A stretch of 53,309 nucleotides of DNA, the filler included, from Dirinaria sp. TL-2023a (taxonomy: Eukaryota), in the NCBI GenBank assembly GCA_051941275.1. It is 2 parts of 2 records of this genome, joined end to end, with 100 filler letters (N's around TTAATTAATTAA, not from the genome) between each part and the next. Parts side by side here need not be neighbours in the genome. Positions count along the whole stretch, not along the records: positions 1 to 26,628 come from JAVEBF010000159.1; positions 26,729 to 53,309 come from JAVEBF010000160.1. One strand, given 5' to 3'. The notes under the pieces were generated by a model. That model had not been told where the DNA came from. It ran no database searches and saw only the letters and a list, made by a program, of their open reading frames with translations. The position numbers and the translations under genes were made by a program. Position 1 is the first letter of the stretch, and each line of letters starts with the position of its first letter. Positions 23,075 to 34,996 of this stretch are shown here, in pieces.

Positions 23075-25676
23075 GTGGTTGGAACAAATACACAATCTCG
23101 GATAAAGCACCGATGGGCTGAATGAAGCTGGAGGGATTTGCTTACAAACCACGCTCGTTTCTTTGCTGGAATTGCGAAAAGAAGAAGAATCTAGAACACG
23201 AGAAGTTTTTTTGGCAATAGTATGATCAGATGGTTGCAACGCGGGAAAAGTATCTACATTAGACGAATATCCGGGATTAGAAGATCCTCGTTGGATCGGG
23301 TTTGGCTCAAATGTCGCGTTCTGCACCAGTGACCGACGTGGCCCGCCGTAGTTATAGACCCAAACCTAAAGATTAGCCCGATTAGCCTGATTAGGATTTC
23401 AACCTTGTAAGGCCACGCACGACATGCATCTTCGGAATGACTCAACTTTTCTTTTCTTCTGCCTGAGGTAAGGCTAAAGCGCAATCCCATGACGACGGGA
23501 CTGGCCGCTGGTGCCGTGAGTTCGGTACCGACGGCTCAGAAAACCACCGCCCTATCGGAACATGCTCTTCAAATCCTGCCAGCGAGGCCTCATCATCCAT
23601 GAACGACTTCGTACCATTGCTCCACCCTAACGTAAGTAAGCTGGACAATGCGGACGAGGACAGGCATGCCATTCGCGTGATCTGCCCACTGACATCGTCA
23701 AAACTGTCTTAGTCACCATACCGAATCCTCCGTCGTTTTCGCCCTCGCCTTGCTCCACGCCTCCCTCAACTGTCCCCCCCATTCTTCCCCCAACCTCCAC
23801 TCTCCCTTACACCAGCACCCCAATCTTTAGGCCTCATTGCGTCGACGATAACCTCGCGACTGTGAAAATGGGCTAACATTCTTATGGCTGGCTGGATCGA
23901 CAGCATCGAAAACTCGTCGGCAAAGCTCGACAAGGCAAAGCATGGTCCATCAAGTGCACCCATAGTAATATCTCGTGGCGTCCAGAGCAACGCTCTGTAC
24001 AACCTCCTTCTAGGGCAGCCACCTTGGCGATGCTGAAGACCTAGCCAAGGGCACTGATGTTCTGGATCCAATGACTTCTAAGTCTACAGTGGCTTACAAA
24101 AAGTAGAAGGAACTATTCATAGGTGCTCGGGAGTTTGCCTATTTACGAAAGAAGTTCCTTGTTGAAACATTGCAGAGAAGAGCTGGGACTACCGGGCGAA
24201 AGCGATGGTCAAGATCGCAATGCAGGCGAGGGGAGCATCAACAGTTACGTCGCAATGGGTCCACAAGAGCCCAGCAGGAGCGGTTGCCACTGAACTCATA
24301 GCTCGGCGCTAACAATTACAGCCGGTGCAGAAGTCGACTATCTAGTATTGGCTACCTGCCCTCTATCACTATCCTGCTAGATCCATGGCAAATTTGGGAT
24401 CATTCCCCCGATCTACTACACTCCCGTCTGTTGGAGCGGGATGCAAGTGTTATCCGAAGGTTTAAAAAGCTTTTTATAGACTTATTGAACAAGGACTCCG
24501 CGCTCGTCGAACGAATCTTTAGACGAATAAGGCTAGCTTACGCTTTCATGCAGAAGGAATGGCCAGGCTGGCTCATGTATCCGCTAGCGATAAGTCAAAG
24601 AGCTAGTATACACTAAAATACCTACCCAATGAAGCAATTCTAAGGCAAAAGGAAGCATTCGGGCGTATCAGATCAGCTGAGCCTTGATACACCTTGGACA
24701 ACAGGATCCAAAGATACCGCCGCCGATCGCTAATCTGTACCCGGTAAGCCGTCTTACTGGTATGGTCAGACGCCTGAATAAATATCAGTAGCGTGTTGTG
24801 CCCCGTGGAATTCGAACTCGGATTTGAAGTGGACCGATAGCAGGCTACGTCACCGCTCCGCAAAGCTCTGGGTTAACACACTACCTTAGGCAATGTGTAC
24901 GGCCTGCGCCATACCGTATTTCAGGTTCGGTGCAAGCGACAGCGCTGAAGTTTCGAGCTCTAGCAGAGACTGTAGTTGGATCTTGCGGTTTTTTCGGGCA
25001 TTTAACAAATCCGGGGTTAATGCACGTACCAGCACTAATCCCCGCGCCAAAATAAGGCAGTTCGAGGCGAGGCGATGATGATGTGATGTCTGATGTTTAT
25101 CCGAGCTTTAGCCGCATGTTCTTCCGAGCCGAGCCAACTCCCAACCATCAAGTGGGAGGGAAGGACGAGGGGGAGGCAGTGCTCAACTGCTCATGCTCCC
25201 GCTCATAAATTCCACCGCTTTAGGTACTTAAGGTACTTTACCTTACTGACAAAGCCTTACATGTGCATCAGTCAGCTCGAGGCGGCTGTGCAGCGAGAAA
25301 TCTATGGGATACGGTATTATTCCCATAAACGCTCCAGCTAGACCATACCTCAATACATGCGGAGAAACTCGTGTTCTGAATTCAAGACAAAGATGTGCTG
25401 GATGGCCCCTCAATGCCATCAGTCACCCAGCCTAAAGGGGCTGTAACCCAACAGAATGGCGGGCGGATCTTTGCATGCACTGGAGGCTCTCTAAGGCTGT
25501 GACGGAGCATGGACCATCCGCAGGCCAAGGATTCCTTGAGAAGGACCCTGATCTTTCTTACCGTAATAACAGCTTTCTCCCATTTCGCGATACCCGTTCG
25601 TGATATTCACGCTCTTTTAGAAGCCGTCCTTACCCACACCCACTCAAAGGTCTCCTTTCATCCCTTCACATCGGCT

Positions 25677-26212
25677 ATGCATCTCATTATCATCCCGTCA
25701 ACATCATCGCAAACGCTCCTTCCCCTTCTCATTCGCATTCTCTTCATCCAGTCCATCATCAACCGCGGGGTTGTGGCGAGTCCAATCCTGGCTAATATTG
25801 GTACCTAGCCTAGCGCCCCGAATTCCAATACTATATACTAGTCAAGCTCCTGTCACTGACTCGAGACATACTCGCATTCTCAGCACGCGCCGCCCAATCT
25901 CCTACAGAAACTGCGTCATCCCAGCGCGCAACAGCGACTCCACCTTCATCTTCCTCGTCGTCATCATCATCATCATCATCCTCAGATTACTGGTCATCCA
26001 CGCAAGGGATCTGCGCCATCGTCGGCGTCATCGTCGGATCCCTGCTCGCCGGCGGCGCATTATACTACACCGCGATAACCCATCTGGCGACGGAGAGAAG
26101 AGAGGCGAGGCGGGAGCAGGAGGAAAGGGAGCAGCGAGCCCGACAAGCCAAGAGGGACGCCAGGAATCCGCTAAAGGTCGTATTTTGGCGCAAGCTGTTC
26201 AGGAGGAAGTAA
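25677..26212 (+). CDS. 150-aa type I membrane-like protein (hydrophobic N-terminus, poly-Ser ectodomain, one TM helix, E/R-rich tail); not in the ORF track
   Basis: Exon 1 25677-25800, intron 25801-25883 (GTACCT...CACTGAC...CTCAG), exon 2 25884-26212. Splicing keeps frame: MHLIIIP...VVASPILANIARAAQSPTETASSQRATATPP(S)13DYWSSTQGICAIVGVIVGSLLAGGALYY...ERREARREQEEREQRARQAKRD...FRRK*. Confidence 0.7.
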
Positions 26213-26628
26213 ACATCTGTTCTCTATCTTCGTGGGAAGGGAAAGCGACCCGAGTTGTGCGGATGATGGGGATGATACTATGCATGAAATAGGAGATATA
26301 AAAGCAGGGTTGGGAGGGAGAATATTGAGGCATCTTCGGGAGCGTCTGTTCGTCTGGCTTTGGATGTAGGAGGAGGGAAATACTATAACCACCTTATTGT
26401 ATATCTGCCGTATGACATACCTATCCATTCTATACCGTATCTTCTTTATCGGACCCCACCACATCCACAAACAATGCAAGACAACAATAACCTTTTCATA
26501 CATGAAGCACTCAAAAAAAAAAAAAAGACTACAAACAAGTATCATAATCTCTGATCTATATCCAGACAAAAAATACTTATAAATACAACATTATACCCAA
26601 CTAGGTAATATACCCCTTCCCCCTACCC

Positions 26629-26728
26629 NNNNNNNNNNNNNNNNNNNNNNNNNNNNNNNNNNNNNNNNNNNNTTAATTAATTAANNNNNNNNNNNNNNNN
26701 NNNNNNNNNNNNNNNNNNNNNNNNNNNN
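26629..26728. other. Artificial assembly spacer: 44 N + TTAATTAATTAA + 44 N
   Basis: Exactly 100 nt and symmetric. The central 12-mer (26673-26684) puts stop codons in all six frames, typical of contig-joining linkers. Confidence 0.95.
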
Positions 26729-28308
26729 TTCCCGAATCAAAGAGCCTTTCAAAAAGTATCTAAAAGTAGTATTTACCTCTGGATATTATATTTACACTTT
26801 CGATCCATTTTCTTATGAATTTCTTAGGGAGTTTGTTAGTAGGTTGATTATAAGAAGAATATCTATACGTTTTTTAGATGTGGATTTGAGGTTTTGTATG
26901 AATTTTATTTTTAGAAAAATGGGGGGAGGGGATTTGATGTTGTCGGCGTTGGACAGGATAGTAATCCATATACGGCGTATTTCGAGTGAAAAGATCTTGA
27001 AAAAAAATAAAAAAAAAAACGCTTAATCAATATCGTAGCTCATTTCGAGTAATAGAATTCATGCTTTTATTCTATATCCTCAATTAAGTCATGAAGAAGA
27101 GAATATCTTTTTCTCTTCATGAGATATACGAAGAGATTGAACTAGTGAAAATCAACTTAAGACCTCCATATGACTTATCATCTTTCCCAGATTTCAAATT
27201 CAAGAAAATTAAAACCCCTTGCCAAAAGAAAATCTGGAGCATGATCAAATCTTGTTGAATTTGGTTGCTCCAAATGGGGTTCCATCACGTCTCTTTTTCA
27301 TACTTCTATGTGTGTGTAGGTTGGTTATTTACATACATGGCAACCTTTATGTGCGGAGGTCTATACCCCGATTGGGCCTAGTGCTCTCTCTGCCGGGTAT
27401 GCCCTATGCCGCTCACTTTCCAACAAATCTACTAATAAACCAAACGAACACCGAACACCATCTCTTCCTCTCACGACCGCAACATAACTTAAATATGTAG
27501 ACATATATACACGCGTATTTTCTCTCTACGTGAACAGCTACTAAAAAATGCTATCGATTAGAAGCTACCTATATCCAAAAATCTCGTGTCTAGATTCAAA
27601 TTTTTCCTTTTCCAGGATCACCGCTCAAAAAGCCAAAAAAAAAAGCCCCCCCCCAAAAAAAAGTAGTCTACCCGTCCTGAAAAACCCCTACACTTAACCC
27701 CTCTCCCTCACCCCTTCCCCAACCAGCTCCACCACACAACACCACACCGTCGCAAGGCCAGCTCCATTCTCAGATCTGAAATCAAGGCATGCATGAAGCC
27801 AATTTCCAAAACGAAGGTGGTTTTGCAGATTCTTCAGTTAGGTAGTACATGATGAGTTTTGATTCGTGGGCCAATTTTTTTTTTTTTTTTTGTTTTTTTT
27901 TTTCAAACAAGATGAATGTATTTTTTTATTTTAGAGGTTGGAAGTAGGGAGATTGAAGCAGAGGGACAATGCGGTTCGGGTGTTACTGCTGAGGGGAAGG
28001 GGGCTTGATTTATCTAAGTGGGTTGTGGAAATGATATTTTTTGGGGGGGGGCGTGATGAAACGATTTGACGTGGGTTATTACCTGCGATGGTCGCATGTT
28101 CAGAACGGGGGTTGTGGGAAGAAGGATGGAAGAAATTATTTGATTTAATGGAGTTGGTTGAAAGTTATATCGATTGTTATACGTGGCGAGACGAGCATTG
28201 AATTTTGGTTTTGCTTCGCGTTGTTTATCTGAGGATCTAAATTCCAGAAACCTACTTCTATCGATAATTTAGTCCAATCTTTTATTTTAAGGATCACCTA
28301 CAAAGCCT

Positions 28309-30265
28309 TCAGACTAGAGGATTAGTCGGCGGCTTGTATGCCTCAACCTGCTCCTTCAGCCTCTCATCGCCTAGCACTGTAGATTCGGATGAGTCGGTAT
28401 CTTGACGGTCTCCATGTGGCGAGGCAACGCTTTCCACTTCTGCATCGCTCGCAACGACTACCTCCGCGTCCTCTCTTTGCTTGAACGGCTGATCTGGCAC
28501 GAGCCATGCTGCAGTCGTCGTGAACGGGATTTGACTTACAAAGAAGACAAACGCCAGGATGAGCGTGTTTAGATACTTCCACTTGGTCGCGCTTGTGACG
28601 AGCGAGAATGTCGTGCCTACCGATTCAAAAGAACGCAACAGACCCGTGGTGCGAGCCAGGGTACCAACGCCATCGTCAAGTGTTCCCTAAGCGAAGACCG
28701 TGAGTATGCCAGCCAACACGCAGAGGGAGTCAAAAGATCGAGATAACTCACCATACTCCAGTAAAGATAGGTCTGGAGTGATTCGCTTGCAAAGCTCCAA
28801 AGGATGTATACAGCAAAGCCCCTCCCAAACCCGTGAGTCTTCCAGTCCAGGTGCGGATTTTTCCGCCCATACATCACCTGGTTTGTCGTCTGCCAGATCC
28901 ATAAGCTGAGAATTAGAGCGACAAGCCATAGCCATACGACTCTCGCTCGTGTACTGCGGCGCCACGGCTTGAAGTCTAGGGCTAGCCCGGTCAAGAGGTC
29001 ACCGCTAATGCCAGCGACAGCAGTAAGAAAACTCCCCAGAGCACGAGATCGTACTGAGAAATATGTGGCGAAATAGTTACCCTGATAGGTCGAACCCCAT
29101 TGACCGACAATGAAAACAGGGATAAGGAGTAAGATTCTGCGGGTTCGAACAAGACGCCAAACGGCTTTGCCTTCCACTAGCCAAGTGGTCCTCTTGATCC
29201 ACTCAACCTGGGTGCCATCATCTCGGATAACGTTTTGTGGCGGAGACAGGAGGAGTGCAATAGGGAGACCGGCACATTGAATCCCGATCAGGACAAGGTA
29301 GGTTGTGTAGCCAACCTTGCCGGTTTTGGAGTCTTCGACATTGAGCGCCAAATTAATTGCGCCGCCAATGAATTGACCCATACCGCGGATGCCGAGCCAT
29401 ATTGCAACTGCGCTTGAATTAGCTGGTGCATCGCGCTCGAACAGAATATCTAATCTGACCGTAGCGCCCCCGCTTATGATGTTCTGGATATCCTAAAACA
29501 ATTGCAGCTATTTCGTAATCAGCAACAGCTTATTTAGTGGATGTCAACTTGAAGACTGAAGATCGCCTAAGTGCAAGCTTCCATTCGAATCATTGCAGAC
29601 TTGTAAATTTACCAGAAAGGAGCATGATTAATTTCAGACTTGTACAATCACCAGATAGGAAATGATGGTATTGAAGTTACCTTCAGTAGCCCAGAGCATA
29701 CTTGCCGAGAAGCCGCAAGTGACAGCCCCTACAAGCACGTACCAGACTGTGCCATATCGATTGTTGGTATAGAGGCTCGAAGAGTAGAAGGGATAACCCA
29801 AAGTCCCAAGCTAATTTGTGAGCCCAATCATACCATAATTCATTCAATAACTACTTACCACCAAACCCCATTTCAGCCCGATCTTATTCGAAATTAGGCC
29901 ACCCAGGGTGCATCCAAAGATCATGATCCTGAGTGATCGTTGTTAGCTTTACTTACAGAGACAATGAGGAAACATTAATCATACCCAAAGGTGACGGCAT
30001 TTGCTGCATTCACCAAGTATGGCGACTCTTCTCCTCCTGCACCTAGGCCTACAATTCTGTATAAGTCATCCGTAGGCTTATCGCAAAAGAATCAAGCCAT
30101 ACTGTTCAGCGCGTTCCATATCCCGGGGTTCATGAAAGACACCAATCCGACTATGATGCATTGCAAAAGGGTGCCACGATAGAACCTATGTATCTTGTTC
30201 GCTGCAACAACAGATGCGCGCCTAATAGGCGCAGGATCTGAGCTTCCTGCTGTATCGAAGACCAT
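28309..30265 (-). CDS. UNC-93-like (DUF895) MFS-fold membrane transporter, multi-exon
   Basis: ATG 30265 MVFDTAG...FYRGTLLQCIIVGLVSFMNPGIWNALNS, LGAGGEESPYLVNAANAVTFG, GQFIGGAINLALN, LLLSPPQNVIRDDGT, YFSVRSRALGSF, GLLRSFESVGTTFS. Confidence 0.88.
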
Positions 30266-30417
30266 ATTGGCAGCTCAGCCACACAGTGAGATCCGAGTTC
30301 ACCGTCAAGTAGATCGTGTGGCCTTTGGTGGAGGGTTACCACAAGAAAGTCCTCTTCTGTAAAGCGCGGCGTCACAAAGTTGCAGGCATCTCAAATTTCC
30401 CAATGGTGATCAATCTA

Positions 30418-30427
30418 AGCACGCCAT
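30418..30427. promoter_or_regulatory. Candidate bZIP (CYS-3/MetR-like) site AGCACGCCAT
   Basis: The identical 10-mer recurs at 34700-34709 and as reverse complement at 37207-37216, each 100-155 bp upstream of a cluster gene ATG. Confidence 0.55.
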
Positions 30428-30992
30428 TCTCAACTATTCTGATTAAGTGGTTACTCAAATTTCGCTTTGGCTATCGCGGCATGCCATACTGAGATGGACA
30501 AACGCTAAATGGGTGGCGAAAGCACTGGACTTCGAGGATTTTGCGATAGTAGGAAGAAAAAGCCGTGGGGACATGCAGAAACTTAAGCTATGCATGGTTG
30601 TCATTCCCAGAAGCACAGCAGCTACCGCAGAATCACCCGCCTATATACGGTAGCCAAGGGTGAACCTTATCCTGGGTTTCTCCATAGCAATATCCACCTT
30701 CCGTAGACTTGTTGCTCTTCAGTACCAATTCCATTCACCTGCCTATTTAGATATCAGTAGCACAGGTTTCAGACAGTCCCGGCAATGCATGATAGGTGCC
30801 CGCTATAAATTAGTCCAAATTGCGAGATCTCTTGCGGGAAGGCGTAATCTTGGCGATTTGCATTGGTAGATTTGCGACCATTCGGACATAACCAATTGGA
30901 TTTTGGTATCTCCGGCGTTTATGGGCTGATGCAGGCAGCTTAAAGTAGTTGAGCTTGGTCAATAATGTCGAACAACAGTCACCTATATCATT

Positions 30993-32432
30993 ATGGCTTC
31001 CAACGCGCCAACTTCGCCCAAAAATCACGCTGAGAAAACACATATCTCGAACGGAAATGGACCGAAATCGAAGAAACGCATTATCATGCAAGCCTTTGTC
31101 ATGGGCTGTGGAGGACATATGTCTATCGGACAGTGGCGGCACCCAGAAGACCGGTCGTCCCAAGTCACAGACCTCGAACATTGGACCGACATTGCAAAAC
31201 TTCTTGAGCGTGGCAGATTCGATGCGTTGTTCCTGGCTGACGTCTTGGGTACATATGATGCATATGGTGGAAGCGCAGATAGCGCGGTCAAAACTGGTAC
31301 CCAATTCCCAGTGGTAGAGCCCCTTCTCCTCGTGCCGGCCATGGCAGCTGTAACGAAGCGTCTGGGTTTTGGTGTGACCGTATCCACGACCTACGAGCAC
31401 CCCTATCAACTGGCTCGGCGATTCAGCACCCTCGATCATCTCACGAAAGGGCGAGTTGCTTGGAATGTAGTGACTTCATATCTTGAGTCAGCAGCCAAAA
31501 ATATGGGCCTAGATACCCAGGTTCCTCATGACGAGCGGTATGAGATTGCAGAGGAGTTTATGGATGTGGTCTACGCTCTTTGGGAGTCGTCATGGCATCC
31601 AAACGCTTTGTTGTACGACAGAACATCATCCACAGTGACCCGGCCAGATCTTGTCCGGAAAATCGATCATGCCGGCAAATTTTTTACCGTCCCTGGACCT
31701 CACCTAGTAGCACCGTCGCCGCAGAGAACGCCTTTGATTTTTCAAGCAGGATCGAGCGGTACCGGATTGGCATTCGCGGCTAAACATGCCGAAGCAGTCT
31801 TTGTGTCTGGTCATTCACCCGAAGTGGTCCGCCCTCGAGCGGACGTCATTCGAGCAACGGCGAGGGAGAAGTTCGGAAGGGATCCTTCGGAAATCAAAAT
31901 CATTGTTAAGGTGACAACCATAATTGCAGATACTGATGAACTTGCTCAACGGAAATACGAGGAACATAAGAAATATGCCGACCACGATGGTGCACTGACG
32001 CTTATGGGAGGAAGTGGCATTGACCTCAGTCCCTTTCCTCATGACCAGGATCTGTCAAAGGAACCTATAGCTAAGAAGCTCATCGCTTCGTACCGATGGA
32101 AGCATCTTGAAGCACAACAGTGGACCACAGGTATGCTAGCAGAATTTGGTAGCATCGGAGGTAACGGCCCATTATTTGTTGGTTCACCATCAACGGTGGC
32201 CGACCATTTAGAGACGTGGTTGGATGAGGCTGACGTTGATGGATTCAATTTTGCCTATGTTATTTGGCCCGGAACGTACGAGGACATTGTCGAGCTGTTA
32301 GTCCCGGAGCTGGAACGACGCGGTAGGGTCTCGTCCTCGGAAGTACCAGAGTCCTTGACCCTGAGAGAACGCTTTGTTGGGAGGCAGCATGTCGGCAACG
32401 GCCATGCTGGAGAGAAGTACAGATGGACTTAA
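30993..32432 (+). CDS. Luciferase-like FMNH2-dependent monooxygenase, NtaA/SoxA/DszA (LadA-like) family
   Basis: Intronless 479-aa ORF with GQWRHPED, AKLLERGRFDALFLADVLG, YEHPYQLARRFSTLDHLTKGRVAWNVVTS, PSPQRTPLIFQAGSS and DVDGFN. Confidence 0.95.
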   Translation: MASNAPTSPKNHAEKTHISNGNGPKSKKRIIMQAFVMGCGGHMSIGQWRHPEDRSSQVTDLEHWTDIAKLLERGRFDALFLADVLGTYDAYGGSADSAVKTGTQFPVVEPLLLVPAMAAVTKRLGFGVTVSTTYEHPYQLARRFSTLDHLTKGRVAWNVVTSYLESAAKNMGLDTQVPHDERYEIAEEFMDVVYALWESSWHPNALLYDRTSSTVTRPDLVRKIDHAGKFFTVPGPHLVAPSPQRTPLIFQAGSSGTGLAFAAKHAEAVFVSGHSPEVVRPRADVIRATAREKFGRDPSEIKIIVKVTTIIADTDELAQRKYEEHKKYADHDGALTLMGGSGIDLSPFPHDQDLSKEPIAKKLIASYRWKHLEAQQWTTGMLAEFGSIGGNGPLFVGSPSTVADHLETWLDEADVDGFNFAYVIWPGTYEDIVELLVPELERRGRVSSSEVPESLTLRERFVGRQHVGNGHAGEKYRWT

Positions 32433-32923
32433 TAACCGTAAACCTCGGGGGATCATACCGGTTCCCTTTGGCTTCCTCGGTGCAAAGATACACAGTATTT
32501 CCGTCATATACTGCGAACCTGGCGTGGTCAAAAGATGACTGCTAGCCTGAGTCGCGTTCCTACCTTCTAGGGTAGTCAACCCTTGTCACACTACTTTCAG
32601 CAAGCTTTTTTTAATGAGCGTGTTGGTATTGAATCGAGTCTGCCAGTCGATAGGTGTGATAGAATACCATGGTAGCTGCCTGTGTGAGGCATGTGTTATG
32701 AGTGTCTGGATCAATCCATCAGACCTAATCTAACCCTAGTTTGATTATTAGCTTCACTTTCGTTCCAAATCGAACGATGAGGAATTTCTTCTCTAGTCTA
32801 AGAGACTAATCAAGCAGTCAAAGTTAGAAATGGTCATTGACCGCGGATCCAACGTTGGAATTTATCCAAGAACCTCAATCTAGGTCTGCAAGCACACTTG
32901 CTCCTTTCCCGAGAATTGATCCT

Positions 32924-34598
32924 TTACTTCTGACTCTCTGCTTCAACATATTTGGCGCCCAACCGCTCTCGTAAAATTTTCAATCTATCTTCGTTTGCAG
33001 CATGCCAAGCAGCGGTGTGGCCCTCGACACGCTGGCCACCAAACCTCTCGGCGTCCCTATTGACCCACTCCACGAGGCTGTCCACGTATTGCACCTCCTC
33101 CCCCCTTAACGAATGAAAAGCCCTTCCACTGCCTTTTCTTCGCACCCTGGCCCTGTACTCGTCCCTCATTTCCTGTTGAGATGGTAGTTCTGCCTTTCCG
33201 CTCAGAACCGCCGCAAGCGCGACGGCTTGAAACTCAAATAGGGAGAAAGTGGCCGTGTAGTACGGCGCCCCGATGAAAGAGAGGGTAGGGTCAGGAATGT
33301 AGAAAATGTCTTTGTGCAAATTGTGGCGCTGAGTGCCGTCAGTGACGAGGACCGTGTCGGATGCGTCCTCCGGTGACGTATCATCTTCGTGGTGATTGGG
33401 GAGAAATGGCAGCGAAATATGATACCCTGTGCAGAGTATGACGCGATGGGTTTTGGTGAGCACACGCCCGTTTTCCAAATGGATATCGAGGGGAATAGGA
33501 GCCGAGGGATGGAGTGATTCGTCTGCGTTGGTAGATGGCGGCGGCTGGAATGACCTGACGTTGTCGACTCGCTGAGCATTCTCCGGAAGCAATTTTGACG
33601 GTAGGTCGAATGCTCCTCCCCGTGAAGTTTGGTAAACGGTCTCAGCCACAGGTCCTAGATCCTTTGCAATATCTGTTGATGAAACTCCAGCGCCAATAAG
33701 CAGAACGTTCTGTCAAAGACATTATCAGGATAAATCCAGTCGGTTGCGAGTATCAAATCCTTACTTGATCAACGAATGAGTCTGGTTTCCTATAACTTTT
33801 TGAATGTTGGATCCGAGCGGGCCACTTATTCTTCCACTGAGCAAGTCCTGGAAAATCAGGAATGCGGCAGGTATGGTAGTGACCGGACGCAATCACGACA
33901 GCGTCAAACGACTTGTGTCTGTTTAGTTGTACGCACATATGTCATCGGCGATAGAGTTACCCATAACTGTTCAGACACCTTGCAATTACTCGAAAGGGTT
34001 GAGGTTCTCACTTCCCATTTGCTGCCGGCTTTCTCGATTCTCTCGACCTTCGTGTTGTACTTGGTATTTCTATGCACGCCAGCTTTTTGGGATGTATCGC
34101 GGATGTATTCATTCAATATCCGATGACTGACAAAATCAGGTGTTCCTTGTGGCCACGTGTTGATCTGCAGTTTTAAAAGTCTCGTGGATACATTGTTATT
34201 TAGACTGGCGTAGCAGGGCCTTATCTACTGATCAATCATCAATGGCATTATGGAGGTATATCAAGAATTTCCAACCCTGGTGGAGCATGTCTGATCATTG
34301 ATTGGGAATCGAGAATATCGGAATCCACGCCATAAAGTTCACTCCTATCTGCGCACGAGGGATTGACAGCGGGATAAGCAGGATCTAGAGCGGTTCGCTC
34401 ATCGTAGAGCCTTCCAATGTTAGAAATTGTCTGAAAAGCGGTATAGTGTGCTGACCAGATGCCGCCTGGCGCGCTGGACCTTTCGAAGACCGTATAATCG
34501 ACACCGGCCTTCTCTAAGTGTGCTCCGGTAACGACACCACTAATGCCTGCTCCGATGACGGCAACTTTCATTGGGGGCATATCGCCATGATCTGACAT
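32924..34598 (-). CDS. Flavin-containing monooxygenase (FMO; thiol-specific/dimethylaniline monooxygenase-like), multi-exon
   Basis: VAVIGAGISG (FAD), FERSSAPGGIW, FDAVVIASGHY, QHSKSYR (FMO-identifying motif), VLLIGAGVSSTDIA (NADPH), VILCTGY, NLHKDIFYIPDPTLSF. Confidence 0.93.
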
Positions 34599-34699
34599 TC
34601 GAGTCCCTGCGAGTCAGCCGTAATATATATCCACTTGCCAGCTTTAGCTACATGAGGGGAATAAGTCCGAGGCTCCCTATCTGGCTGCATTAGCGTGAC

Positions 34700-34721
34700 A
34701 GCACGCCATGTATCACGCAAT
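34700..34721. promoter_or_regulatory. Tandem candidate bZIP sites AGCACGCCAT and ATCACGCAAT upstream of the FMO
   Basis: First site is shared with 30418 and 37207; second is the exact reverse complement of ATTGCGTGAT at 37926-37935 in the TauD promoter. Confidence 0.55.
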
Positions 34722-34996
34722 CCGATAGCACGCACACCAGACCCGTCCAAAAGATGCCATGGTCATTGCCTGAAGCCGGCTTTGACTTCCGGCAAGGGCA
34801 CCATGTTCAGCAGCCGGCAGCAACTTACTGGTGACTTTTGTCAAATGAACACACAAGGATTGAGAGTCAGCTATCAAAGGGATGTAGAAAGAGTACCAGC
34901 CCGTCATGCGAAGAAAAGCATTCACGAATCGTAAGCTGGCCTAGTTTCGTGCTCTTACTGTCTCAGAAATTTTTCTACAGCGCTGGAAGGCAATGC

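Noticed and set aside
23480..24620. Possible spliced gene or relic on + strand (GTAAGT at 23631, branch/acceptor signals, helical-looking ORF 24431-24616)
   Set aside because: No consistent reading frame or recognisable family could be assembled; may be a decayed gene.
7700..26600. Starship or other large mobile element explaining the accessory-looking block
   Set aside because: No DUF3435 tyrosine recombinase, transposase, reverse transcriptase, terminal repeats or target-site duplication seen in the window.
26673..26684. TTAATTAATTAA as a biological motif (e.g. piggyBac TTAA target)
   Set aside because: Centred exactly in a 100-nt N spacer; synthetic linker.
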